This document shows positions 27,274 to 38,530 of a DNA stretch of 64,000 nucleotides, in pieces; the stretch's first letter is position 1; each line of letters begins with the position of its first letter. Below the pieces are notes generated by a model. The model ran no database searches. It was given only the letters and a program-made list of their open reading frames with translations, and was not told the origin of the DNA. A program made the translations under genes and the position numbers. The stretch is from Lama guanicoe (lineage: Eukaryota), in NCBI GenBank assembly GCA_013239625.1, contig MU054187.1:24182433-24246432 (forward strand). The letters run 5' to 3'.

Positions 27274-28863
27274 TCACCAGGGCTGTATCACAGCCACAAA
27301 TGTTAAACAGTATGGATCCAATGAAGTTCCACTGTCATTTGTCACCATCGGCTTCAGCTGGACGCTGGCAAAGGGGTTCCTGCTCACAGCGCGGGCAGCG
27401 TAGTCATCCAGACCCTGGGCGAAGGCAGGCACAGCCACGCTGTACGGCCTCTGCTTGAAAGCACCCGCCATCTGGGCGGGGAAGGCCCAGGAGGACGTGC
27501 TGTAGTCGGGGGGCGGGATGGCCAGGTCCTCCTTGTCCAGGAGGTTCCCAGTGCTGCTGCTCTTCCAATGCTGCAGGCTTATGTGCAACCTGTCGCCACC
27601 ATCCCTATCCAGGACGCGGGTGTAGGAAAAGGGGAACCAGCCCCGCATCTTGGTCTTCTCGCTCTCACCGTAGTGCCAGCCATCTCGGGCCTCGGGCACC
27701 AGCAGGGTGATGAGGTCGCCCTCTTTGAAGCTCAGCAGTGTGCTGTTGTCACCGGCCGCGTGGGAGAAGATGGCCTTCACCCGCATGCGGCCATTGCGCT
27801 CCAGGCCAGCTGCCATGGAGCTGGAGCGGGGCAGGGTCTTGTTCTCCGTGGCGGCATAGCTGCTCTTGGGCGCCACGCTCTTGCACACGGGGAGCGTGCT
27901 GGAGTAGGAGTCGCTCAGCTTGCTCTGGGACTGCCAGGTGGGGGGTGGGCGCGTGGTCTTGGACTGGGCCGCCTTGCGGTCAGCCCGGGGGTTGTAGTCC
28001 TCGCTGTCCGGGCCCGAGACGCCATTCATGACAGGCGCGTTATCCTGGGCTGACAGTCGCCCCACAAACGGGGCCAGCTCGGGGGGCACTGGCAGGGGCT
28101 TGGCCCCTGGAATGCGATCTGAAATGACCAGGTTGGACTTGGAGGACGACAGGGCGCTGGGCAGGATGGAGCCGTTGCTGCTGGCCACCTGCTGCATGAG
28201 ATGCACGGCGCGGTCCGGGATCTTGTTGGGATCCGCACAGGCCTGCTGCCACAGCGGCAGCTTCTGCGCCAGCAGCTCCTTGCCCTTGGAGTGGCAGGCG
28301 GCGGAGTTCTTGGCCACGGCGCACCGCTTCTCCACCAGGAAGCAGAACCTCCTCCTCTCGGTGAGGGCAGTCTTGTAGCCGTCCGACACGCGGCTCTCCA
28401 GCTCGCCCTGTTTGTTGCCGATCGCATCGATGTACTGCAGCTCCTTGTCCGAGTACTTCTGGGAGTTTTTGCTCCCCTGGCTCTTCTTGCGGAGCTTCTT
28501 CAGCTCGGCCTGGCACTTGTCCAGTGCGTCCCCTTTGCTCCTTTGCTCCGCCTGGTACTTCTTAAGCGTGGTGCTCAGATACCTGGAGTCCAGCTCCACC
28601 TTCTGCTCCAGCTGTGTGAGCAGCTCGTTGTGAAAAGACTTCAGCATCTCCTCCAGCTGATTCTGAATCTGCCTGTGGACCTCAGCCAACTGGAAGTGAA
28701 CGTCCCCAAGCTCTTTGAAGCCCTGGCTCTCACTGGCCAGCTCGCCCATCTTCACGAGGGCGTCGAAGTAGCCTTTGGCTGCATAAATCACACCTGCCAG
28801 CGCCTTCTCGTAGTTCTTCCCCGTGGCGATGAAGTTCCGGAGGATGGGGTTGAACTGCTCCAT
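27274..28863 (-). CDS. Residual 529-aa ORF of the BAIAP2 retrocopy from Met21, with a novel C-terminus (SGTSLDPYCLTFVAVIQPW); expression unknown
   Basis: First in-frame ATG of the 27274..29079 ORF is at 28863 (ATC-ATG-G, A at -3, G at +4). No stop occurs until TGA at 27276-27274. Confidence 0.3.
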   Translation of the reverse strand: MEQFNPILRNFIATGKNYEKALAGVIYAAKGYFDALVKMGELASESQGFKELGDVHFQLAEVHRQIQNQLEEMLKSFHNELLTQLEQKVELDSRYLSTTLKKYQAEQRSKGDALDKCQAELKKLRKKSQGSKNSQKYSDKELQYIDAIGNKQGELESRVSDGYKTALTERRRFCFLVEKRCAVAKNSAACHSKGKELLAQKLPLWQQACADPNKIPDRAVHLMQQVASSNGSILPSALSSSKSNLVISDRIPGAKPLPVPPELAPFVGRLSAQDNAPVMNGVSGPDSEDYNPRADRKAAQSKTTRPPPTWQSQSKLSDSYSSTLPVCKSVAPKSSYAATENKTLPRSSSMAAGLERNGRMRVKAIFSHAAGDNSTLLSFKEGDLITLLVPEARDGWHYGESEKTKMRGWFPFSYTRVLDRDGGDRLHISLQHWKSSSTGNLLDKEDLAIPPPDYSTSSWAFPAQMAGAFKQRPYSVAVPAFAQGLDDYAARAVSRNPFASVQLKPMVTNDSGTSLDPYCLTFVAVIQPW

Positions 28864-29040
28864 GATGGTCTTGTAGACATTTTCTGTGATGGTGCATCTC
28901 TTCCGACCGAGACAGCGACATGGTGCTGGTCCGGCTGCACCAGGGACCAGAGCGGGGGCGTGAGCAGCAACAACGATGGCGGCGGCGGGTGCGGCGAAAA
29001 GAGCGAGTGGGCGGCGTGCGGAGCTTGGCCAGGAACCGGA
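27332..29040 (-). pseudogene. BAIAP2: Processed retrocopy of BAIAP2 / IRSp53 (5'UTR plus nearly complete CDS: I-BAR/IMD, CRIB-proline-rich, SH3, PPPDY, WH2-like)
   Basis: Native ATG at 28921 gives MSLSRSEEMH, then a 2-nt deletion near 28890. The long ORF resumes TENVYKTIMEQFNP...AAKGYFDALVKMGELASESQG...KPLPVPPELAPF...RMRVKAIFSHAAGDNSTLLSFKEGDLITLLVPEARDGWHYGESEKTKMRGWFPFSYTRVL...PPPDY...RNPFASVQLKPMVTND, which I recognise as IRSp53. It is intronless whereas the parent is multi-exon. A GC-rich 5'UTR occupies 28922-29040. Confidence 0.96.
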
Positions 29041-29553
29041 CAGATGAATGGACAAAGACACAATTATACACACACACAATGGAATACTATTCAGCCATTA
29101 AAATAGAATGGAATAATGCCATTTGCAGCAACATGGATGGACCTGGAGATTATCATACTAAGTGAAGTAAGTCAGAAGTAGAAAGACAAATATCATATGA
29201 TATCACTTATATGTAGAATCTAAAAATAATACAAATGAATCTGTATACAAAACAAAAACAGACTCACAGATGTAGAAAACAAACTTGGGGTTACCAAAGG
29301 GGAAAGAGGGTGGAGATGTGATTAATTAGGACTTTGGGATTAGTAAATACAAATTAGTATGTATAAAATAGATAAACAACAAGGTCCTACTCTGTAGCAC
29401 AATGAACTATATTCAACATCCTGTAATAAATCATAATGGAAAAGAATATGAAAAAGAATATAGATAGACAGATACATACATACATACATACATTTACTGT
29501 ATACCAGAAACTAACACAATATTGTAAATCAACTATACTTCAATTCAAAAAAA
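29041..29553 (+). mobile_element. LINE-1 3' end with A-tail, head-to-head with the BAIAP2 retrocopy
   Basis: cagatgaatgga...atggaatactattcagcc...gcagcaacatggatggacctggagattatcatactaagtgaag...attgtaaatcaactatacttcaattcaaaaaaa. Confidence 0.92.
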
Positions 29554-31593
29554 GTTACAGGAGAAAAATAATATATTTCAGGTAGATTAGATCTGAGTAA
29601 CAATAGGGTTGGCACTTTCATCTGTTGGAGGGAAATATGCACTAAATCTCTGGATTAAAAGAAAAGAAAGAATCGATTACTGTTAAGGAATTTAGGTTAC
29701 AGAGACTAAAAAGACAAATTTTCTCAACTTTCCAAGTTGGAGTCAGACTATAGTATATGTAGTAATAAGTCACTGAAAACTACTTCCAATACCTAAATTA
29801 AGATAGTAGTCCTAGTCTGGTATGCTGCAAATCAAAGCTACCGCGAGGTTTCCTAACCCTTGTCTCACCAAGCTAGGATAATCTTATCTAAATAATTTTC
29901 ATTTCAGCTTGGTTGTCTTCCATCTGATCTCAGTTCATCCTTTTCTCCACATTAGAAGAGAAATGGAAGAGGAAATGAAAAAAAATAAGAAAAATCCACT
30001 CACTGTACCTCACAATTCATTTAACAAATTAAGTGAACACCCACTATGTCCCAAGCATAATGCTAGATGCTCCACATACATTGATAAGTGAGAGGGCTGA
30101 GGTTCTCTTCCCTCTGTGATATTTAACTGTGAGAGCAACAGAAAAAAAAGCACAGGGTGCTCTTATTACCCATATCCAAATCTCCAGTGTTTCAAGTTAG
30201 CTAACTGAGACATTACTAAATAAGTTTGCTAAATAAATAACCATAATCCTTTATCAAATGATGCAGTAGGACACCCTGTGCTTCACCTATTACTTGAGAA
30301 TTCACTTACTGAGAATTGTCTTAAATGGTATATATTCCATTATTGCGTTCTCATGAATTATCCCATCCTATTTTTTTTAACCAAGAATAAAGAGAAAAAT
30401 CATTGCTGTGACAGAGATCAACAATTATACTCTTAGTATTCCACAATTAGATCTACATACTCCCTTTTAAATTTTCTTAGAAACAACTGTTTCACAATAA
30501 TTATCATTGACTTTGACATGATATTCCCTTCAAACGTGTTGCATACCTGATGCATCAATTACCCCAAATTATCAAAATCCCAAAGCAATCAAAAGATAAA
30601 TAGTCAAAGAAATAATCTATTGAATCATATGACCCAATGGACCCTCTTAGAGAAATAAAAATATGCTTTTACTTGGCTGCTAAAGATAGTAATTTATTGA
30701 AATACTGAGCCCAGAATGAGAATCCACATTATTTTAACATAACCACATTACTGGTAGCTCGCAACATGCACTAGACTAGGGATATTTTAGCACAGATCAA
30801 ATCATGGTAGGTAATTGCTCCCTTGCTAATTTGATCCATTAGAAAATCATATCATTGGCTCAACAAATATTGGTTTCATTTATATATACATATGACCAAT
30901 TAACAGACCAAACTAAACAGCTTACTTATGTCAGCTACCTTAGCCACTAACATATATAGTTACAAAGTTACATAGTAAGAGTATTAGCTCGACCATAACT
31001 CTGTAAGTAGAACTTTTTGAAAAAATAGCCAGTCTTCATGTGCCGATAATTATTTAATAGTACCCCAGAGAAAATGAGAATTGCATCTATTATCCATATA
31101 ATTCAGGTCATAGAATCTTATTTCCATGGTCTAACGGTGGTCTAATGATGGTCTAATGGAATTTTGTACTGAATTACGTAGATAAGTACCTCAGCTTTCT
31201 ATATCCTTTGAAAGTGAGAGTCTAGGCTGACATCATCCTAAAATGATTCAGGAAATAAAATACCCAAGCTCATTAAGTCTATGGCTGGAAGGAAACATAA
31301 GATTCTTCAGTTATTTCTGTAATAGTACATATGAACATATAGAGACAGAGGTTTTGTTTTTTTCCCCTGAATTCTAATGTTTTTAACAAACATTTAACTA
31401 GAATGAAGGTAATGCATATAATTCTACCAACTGAGATTTGAACTTCCTTTCCGTGATGAAAATAATATTACCCTTATTAAAGTTTTGAAGATTTAAAGAA
31501 AATATAAGTCAAGTTAAATTTATAATTTTGTATCTATGTTTCTAAAGTAAACCAAGAGATTGTGCAAGAAACAAAATGGTTCCCTATATGTCC

Positions 31594-31622
31594 CCTTTCT
31601 TTCTTTCTTCCTTCCTTCCTTC

Positions 31623-31665
<43 letters not shown>

Positions 31666-31677
31666 TACTTTCTTTCT
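31594..31677. repeat. (TTCC)n/(TTTC)n microsatellite
   Basis: Direct reading. Confidence 0.95.
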
Positions 31678-32859
31678 GGGTCAAAATTATACTTTTATAA
31701 TGACAAACGAAGGTTGGAGCATATAGCTGAATTTGAAGGGAAAGCAGGTCCTCATAATGCCTAACACTGAAACTTAGAACCAGACACATGTAACATCCTG
31801 ACCATGGAGCTCTGGACTGGGCCTCCACACACATGGTCCTGTTCCCTGGAAGAGCAGAAGGTGTGTGCTCTCAGAGGGCACTCACCACTCCAAGAGGAGC
31901 TAGGTGGAAACTGAGCTCAGTATCTTGATTTCAGAAAAAGGACTGAGAGAGGCCAGGCATGAGGTAGCAACTGAGTGTCCTTTTGGAAGGAATCATCAGA
32001 GGAGGGAAGAAACCTTCTCTTTAATGATGAATTAATTCCTTTGTATCAAATAATGTCAAGAAAAGCTTAACAATTAATACATAGTATATAGTAAGTGGTA
32101 TTATAGGAGTATGGACAAGATACCATGTAAGTACAGAGCATCTATTCCAAATTGAGCATGATGGTAGTAAGAATATGAAAACAAAATATTTACCTGTATT
32201 GTAATTATCTACAAAATTAAAAGAATATTCTATGCAGACATATTTTATAGATGAAGAAACCAAAGCTCACAGACTTCCCCAAGTCTCAAATAAGTAATAA
32301 GTGGTAGAAACAGGATTCAAATTCATATTGGTTTGATTCCAAAAACCTATGCTTTTAGGCTGTAAACTCTCTTAATAATAAAAAAAAAACTTTGAAAATT
32401 GATAGTTTATAAAAATTTGTGTTCAAAATATTTTTAATGATAATTTGAGGAAAAGTTTGTTGTCTTACTGCCCCTGTATTTGGAGCCAGTCCTTACAATG
32501 TATTAAAATAAAAATGATTGGATTAAAATGAAGATTATTTCAAGAAAAGGAAATGGAATGGCTGAAAACAAAGTGTCCAAGAGTTATTATTGTATAAAAA
32601 TTCACATAATATTTTCAACTCTTGAATGTTTTTGTCTTACTCTATTTATCACCTGTGTAGAATAAAATAACCATGATAAATTAAATGTGTCTGATTATTC
32701 TAAAGTAACTAAAATTTACATGTGTTCCTGTTGTATTTTCTTACTGCACTGCCTTAACTAGGCCTATTACTGATTTGCATTCTGAAAAAGCCAAACAAGG
32801 AAAATTATCTAGAAAAAATATATATACTAAAAATATTAACTCTGGGATTAGATACTGCT

Positions 32860-35145
32860 TTAAAAAAGATAACTATTAAATTAGTATCAAATAACTAATA
32901 CTCAGGATAAATCTTAGAAAATACGTGAAAAACTTAAACACAGAAAATGACAAACTATTCCTGAGATAGAGAATAGTTAATTAAATAGAAAGTCATATGG
33001 CACCCACGGGTTTAAAAACTCAACATTGTTAGAATGTAAGTCCTCCCCAAACTTATCTATAGATTCAATACAGTCCCAATCAACATTCTTGCAAGTTAGT
33101 TATTGTAAAATTCGATAAGTTGAATATAAAATTGCATGAAAATAGAAAGCACATATGATAGGCAGTGCACTTTGAAAGAGAAGAACAAATATACAGAGGA
33201 CTGAAACTGATCTGATTTCAAAAATTATTATAAAGTTGCAGTAATCAAGACAGTGTGGTGTTGCCCCCAAGACAGACAAATAGAGAAATGGGATAAAACA
33301 GATAACCCATAAGTAACCTCATATATATGGACAACTAGTCATGACAAAGGTACAAAGACAATCCAATACATAAAGGAGAGCTTTTCCAATGTGGGTACTT
33401 ACATGACAAAATTAAATTTGGATGAATATTCTCCACCAAGTACTAACCTTAGCTCAAAGTGGATAATAGACATAAATATAAAACACAAATTATAAAAATA
33501 CCTTTGTAACTTTAAGTTAGCAAAGATTTATTAGATCCAGACAAAAAGCCCAATCAATAAAAAAACATAAAAATAATAATTCATAAAAATTAAAATTGCC
33601 TCCTCTTCAAAAGGTACTATGAAGAGAATGAAAAAATATGCCACTATCCTTTGTGGGAAAGTATTTAGAAGCATATATCTGACAAAGATACTACTTAGAA
33701 CACTCAAAATTCAACATTAAGAAAATACATAATCAAATTTAAAAATGAGTGAAATATTTGAACAGCTACTTCACCAAAGAAAATACAGTTTATTCTCATT
33801 ATAAAGTCACAGTGAATACAGAGTTAGGGCATACTGAATCATGACTCCTGGGGAACTATGTGGATAAACTGATGATAGATCAATGTAGATGTAGGTATAC
33901 ACACCTCACGTGGATTGCAGTCTTAAATACTAAAAACAGTTCATCCTGATGTGTCTGTTTCCTTTATTTTACAAAGGAGAAAAGATCCAGTAGTGTGGAA
34001 TGACTTGCCTGAGGCCACCCCACTAACATGCCACCGCTGGGATCCAAACCCTTAAAAAGTGGCTCTGGGGGTTTTCTTGCACGACACCACATCGTCTCCT
34101 ACCATTTCCATCCGCCACCATGACTGCATGAGAGCTGAAAGGGGAAAGCAGACGACAGCCGCCTTGCCCACCTTAGCTGGGACGGAGTGTGAGTGCACTT
34201 GAGACCATTCAAAATATTTCAACGCTTTGCTCATGCCCCTTAAATGACAGCTGAAGTGCCCCCAAGCATTGATTATATTGAGTTACAAATAAATTTTAGG
34301 GAGTAGGTGAATTCACAAATTTGGAATCCACAAATAATGAGAATAGTAGGGATGGCAAATAAGTGCAAAAAAAAATCCTTAACATGTATTAGTTATTAGG
34401 GAAGTGCAAAGTAAAACTGTAATGAAATATCACTTTCCACCTATTAGAATGGTTAAAATTAAAAAGATTGATCATAAGTGTCCGTGAGGATGTGGTAGAG
34501 ATAGAATTCATCCACCACTAGTGTACATGAAAGCTGGCACAATCACTTTGGAAAATAGTTTGATATGTTCTTAAATATTAAACACATATCTCCTATGTGA
34601 CCCAGCCAATCCAGTCTTTATTACCCAGTAGAAATCAAAACACACGTTAATATAAATGTTTTTACATGAATGTTCATAGCAGCTTTATTTACAATAACCA
34701 AAAACTGAAGACAACCCAAAGGTTCATCAATGGATGAATGGGAAAACAAACTTGCTGTATCAATGGGATAATCAGTGATTAAAAAATAAGTTTATACATG
34801 TAGCATCATGAGGTGAATCTCAAAATAATTATGCTAAGTGAAAAAAAATAAGACAATAAAGCTTATATACTGTGTGATTCGGTTTACATAAAGTCCTGAG
34901 AAATACAAACTAATATATAGTGACAATTTGCAGATCAGTGGTTGTTTCAGGTGGCCAGGGGAGTGGCGCAGTAGGGAGGAATGACAAAAGGGCACGAGGA
35001 GTCTTTGGGAATGGTGGATACGTTAAATACGTTGTTTTGATCATGGTTTCATGAGTGTATACATAAGTCCAAACTTACTAAATTGTGCACTTGAAATATG
35101 TGAAATTTATTTTACATCTATTAAACCTTAATAAAGATGCATAAA
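32860..35145 (+). mobile_element. Old L1M element (ORF2 3' part and 3'UTR) interrupted by a Tigger element
   Basis: ctcaacattgttagaatg...tatctatagattcaatacagtcccaatc...gcagtaatcaagacagtgtggt; 3'UTR ends ccttaataaag. Confidence 0.85.
33786..34347. mobile_element. TcMar-Tigger element (Tigger4/MER46-like) nested in L1
   Basis: Terminal inverted repeats cagtttattctcattat / ataatgagaatag at TA sites. The L1 text resumes in register (accaaagaaaata ... gatggcaaataag). Confidence 0.75.
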
Positions 35146-35287
35146 AATCCTGCTTTCAAAAAGTTTTTTTTTGTTTTTTGTTTTTTGTTTGTTTGTTTTT
35201 TGTGGTTTTTGTTTTTGGTTTTTTTTTGTTTTTTTTACTTTTGTATCTTTAGAAAGCTTTGAGAAAGCTTTTAATCAGCGGGAGTAA

Positions 35288-35625
35288 TGTCGCAGGTAAG
35301 GTTGTGCAGGAAACAGCTGCTGAGAGGGAATTTGGGTGCAGGGGTGTATTAGAGAACTCTAGGGTAAAACACCTGGGAAGGAGTGAAACATTAGGAAAGT
35401 GGAAGCTTTGGAGTTGTCCCAAATCAAAGCAAGGGGTCTGTGCATTTGCACTCCTGCTTCAACCAACCATTGGATTCTGGCTTCCTCCAGCTTGGGGATA
35501 GAACCTTCAGTGAAACAAGCCAAGGGCAATTTCCCAGAAAACGACTTAGGCGTGAGAGCTCTGACTACAAGAGCCATAGCAACTTGGGAAATGGGTGCCT
35601 GAATCTGGGCAGTGCAACACAACAT
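35288..35625 (-). mobile_element. ERVL LTR (LTR16-like)
   Basis: tgtcgcaggtaaggttgtgcaggaaacag...gaatttgggtgcagggg...gggcagtgcaacaca; lies next to ERVL pol homology. Confidence 0.55.
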
Positions 35626-36099
35626 TCACCAAGTTAAATTTAGCATCTATCTCCCTTCTTATCCTCTGCTACCCATTAGAATACCCCTCAGCCTCAGAAA
35701 TGACCCCCAATGTTTTTTTCCTGCTCCTAATGTACTACAGTAACCTCCTCCTCCCGACCTTCATGTCACATTTTTTTTTCCTCCAAGTGAGTTGCTTTTA
35801 TTGGCCCTGAATCTTTGTCAAAGAGTTTTGTACATTCCTGATGACATCATTTACAATGCTAGTGCACAGACAGTAAACAAAAAATAATTTAGCTTTCAGA
35901 TATTTAGACAAAACTCAAACAGTCCAATTTAGAGAAATGATAAAACTTTATAAACAGCGAGCACACAAGCTTAACCAGCAAGCACAGCCCCAGCCTTTTT
36001 TGGAAGGTGAGGTGTTGAACGATGGCTGTAGAGAAAACTAGAAGCCTGACGCTTTTGAATCATGTGCAGCTCAGACTTGAGTCCATGGTCTAGTGCTAA

Positions 36100-37600
36100 T
36101 TCCAAGCAGTATGTTCTAGTTAATGGGAGAAATGCATGCTACCATCTAAGTCATTAAGCATCTTGATCCACAGCAGTTTACATACGAGTTTAGTATTTAA
36201 GGCCTTGTTTTGTGATGGATTGCTTCTGGTGATATTGACACTTGGCTCTCATAATCCCATAGTCCATCCACATGCCTTCTCTTCAGATTTCTTTGTCACT
36301 GATCTTTCAATATTTCTTCTTCCTGGTCTCTGAACAATCAGCTTAGTCATCCTCCATGACCCAAGGATCCATATATATTCTTAACATGAGTTGTGTCTCT
36401 TTCCACACAAAGTGGAAGTCCAGGCACAGCACTGAAGCTCTGCACATTGTGGGGGTTTCTCTTCATCACTTTCAAGGCCATGCCTGAGCAGCGCTGTAAG
36501 GTGGCACCAGTTCATTTTCAGCTCACATCCGTATACCACGCTAACCAAGTCCTGAATCAAGTTTGGCCTTTTTCCTCTTCTGTCAGCTGATCTTAAGGAA
36601 ATCAGTGTAAGGTGAGAGAGTGGTGCGTCCAACAAGGGTGAATGATGGGGAAGTTGAGCTACTTGCTCATGGAACTGACATGTGCTCTCTGGCCCTCCTA
36701 GGCGCCATCCCAGGCGCCATCCCAGGTGTATCTCTTCTACCTTCTGAATTTTGCTGCTGCCTCCCCACAACTGGCCACACACACACACACACTTATGAAA
36801 TGGTTAGTCTGAGATAATCCAGCTCATACTGGACAGTTCCAACAAAACTGTCATTTGATGTCCCATAGTTAGGTGTGTCATATCTACCAAGGCCTAGTGG
36901 GACGTAGGGCACTATTTCTTTGAACGGTATTGAATTTGCTGCTGTCCGTGGCATGGCACGGCTCTGGGAGTCTAGGGTCTAATTATCCAAGTGGAATGTG
37001 ACACAAAAGCCTCATGGCATATTTTCCCACCACAGTTACCCCTAACAACATAGGGTCTGCCAGGAAGTATGATGCAAATGTCAGGGCTATTGGCATCACA
37101 GTCCGGACCTATTTCAGAGCCCTTTCTTCTTCTGGCCTCACTTAAAGACTATAGCTTTCCTTTTCACTCCATAAATTAGTTACAGTATATTCCCAATTGT
37201 GACATTATACTACCCCCCAAGCCCAAAATGACCGACTAAGAAGTCATTATACTTCCTTCTTAGTAGTGGAAGGTGTGAGAGGCAATCGTTTGCACTTTAC
37301 ATTGGAAGAAGTATCTCAGCATGTTTCAGATCTCTCCACCCCTGTAACTTTCTACTGATGTGTTAAGCCCATGAATTTTCATACAACTTATCTCACACTC
37401 ATTGCAGCTCAAGTTCTCCAATATAACTGTCACTCTTTTTCATCTGATCCCAAATAACATTCTGGGGAATCTGGACAGTACAGGTCCCTCTGGACCATAT
37501 TATGACAGAGAGCAGAAGAGTTAACATATTCCCTTCAACAAGACAATAAATGCTGCTGCCTGTCCCATGAGAATATGAACTCTTTTCTGGGCTAAAGATG
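36100..37600 (-). mobile_element. Decayed ERVL-class pol (RT / RNase H) remnant
   Basis: Minus strand gives YVNSSALCHNMVQRDL (~37530-37480; ERVL RT GYINSPALCHNL), LTMGHQMT...WIISD (~36870-36800) and KPPQCAELQ (RNase H SSQWAEL-like, ~36460). Confidence 0.8.
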
Positions 37601-38530
37601 TAAAAAAAAAAAAAACTCTTTAAACCATTGAGCCAAGAACTTTGACAAACACAGTCAATATGTAGATTTTTCCATAGGTAGAAACTTCACATAATCAAAC
37701 TTCCCAAAATGTTAAGAATCACTCCTCTAAGAAAATTGCCCTTACATTTCTCATTACCATCAAGTGTTATTAAAACTTCAAAATCATTCTGACATCCTAA
37801 AAAGCATCAGGTAAAGCATATTATAGGGCAGAAATCCTTAAACCTGTTTATACACACGTGCTTTCAACATTTTCCTCGTTCTCTCCTGGCCTCTGCTAAT
37901 TATCAGTCTCCTTTGTAAGCCAATCTTCTTTTAATCATCACTAACTGTTATGGTCACATATTCTGATATCACAGTAAACTTTCCCAAACCCCAGCCTGCA
38001 ACTGCCAGTAACTTTCTGATGACACACAAATATATGTTTACCCAGCAGCTCTGTTTCCAATGAGCTCCTGAAATACACAACTAACTGCTTATGAACATTG
38101 AACTTAAATATTCCACACTGCATTCAGTTTAACAGCTCTACAGTTGAACTTATCATCTTATCACTTCATTGTCCTTCCCCACTCCCCAGACATGTCTTTT
38201 GTTATCTCTAATCACACTAGACAGCCATACCATCCAAAAATTGTCCAAGTTAAAGGGATCAAACTTATCCTAAATGCCTCTTATCGCTGATACCTCACAT
38301 CCAACAGTTATAAACCCTGAACATTCCATCTTTCTAAAATATGTTAATTATATACTTCAACAATTCACTAACAAAGACTGAGCACCAGTATTCATTAATA
38401 TCTCCTGATCACAAAATTTTCTCCTAGTTTTCCTCCAGTATGCCCCCTCCACCAACCTATCCTCCAAATTTCTCCTACAAGGATATTTCTAGAATGCAAA
38501 TGTATCACTCTTCTTTAAAAATACTTAAAC

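Noticed and set aside
27274..29079. 601-aa ORF as an intact BAIAP2 gene with an extended N-terminus
   Set aside because: It starts at a TTG in the antisense of an L1-embedded (CA)n tract and reads through the 5'UTR. The native ATG (28921) is out of frame.
27568..29106. Long antisense and alternate-frame ORFs (301, 161, 158, 133 aa)
   Set aside because: They are shadow ORFs expected from a GC-rich coding sequence, with no independent protein signal.
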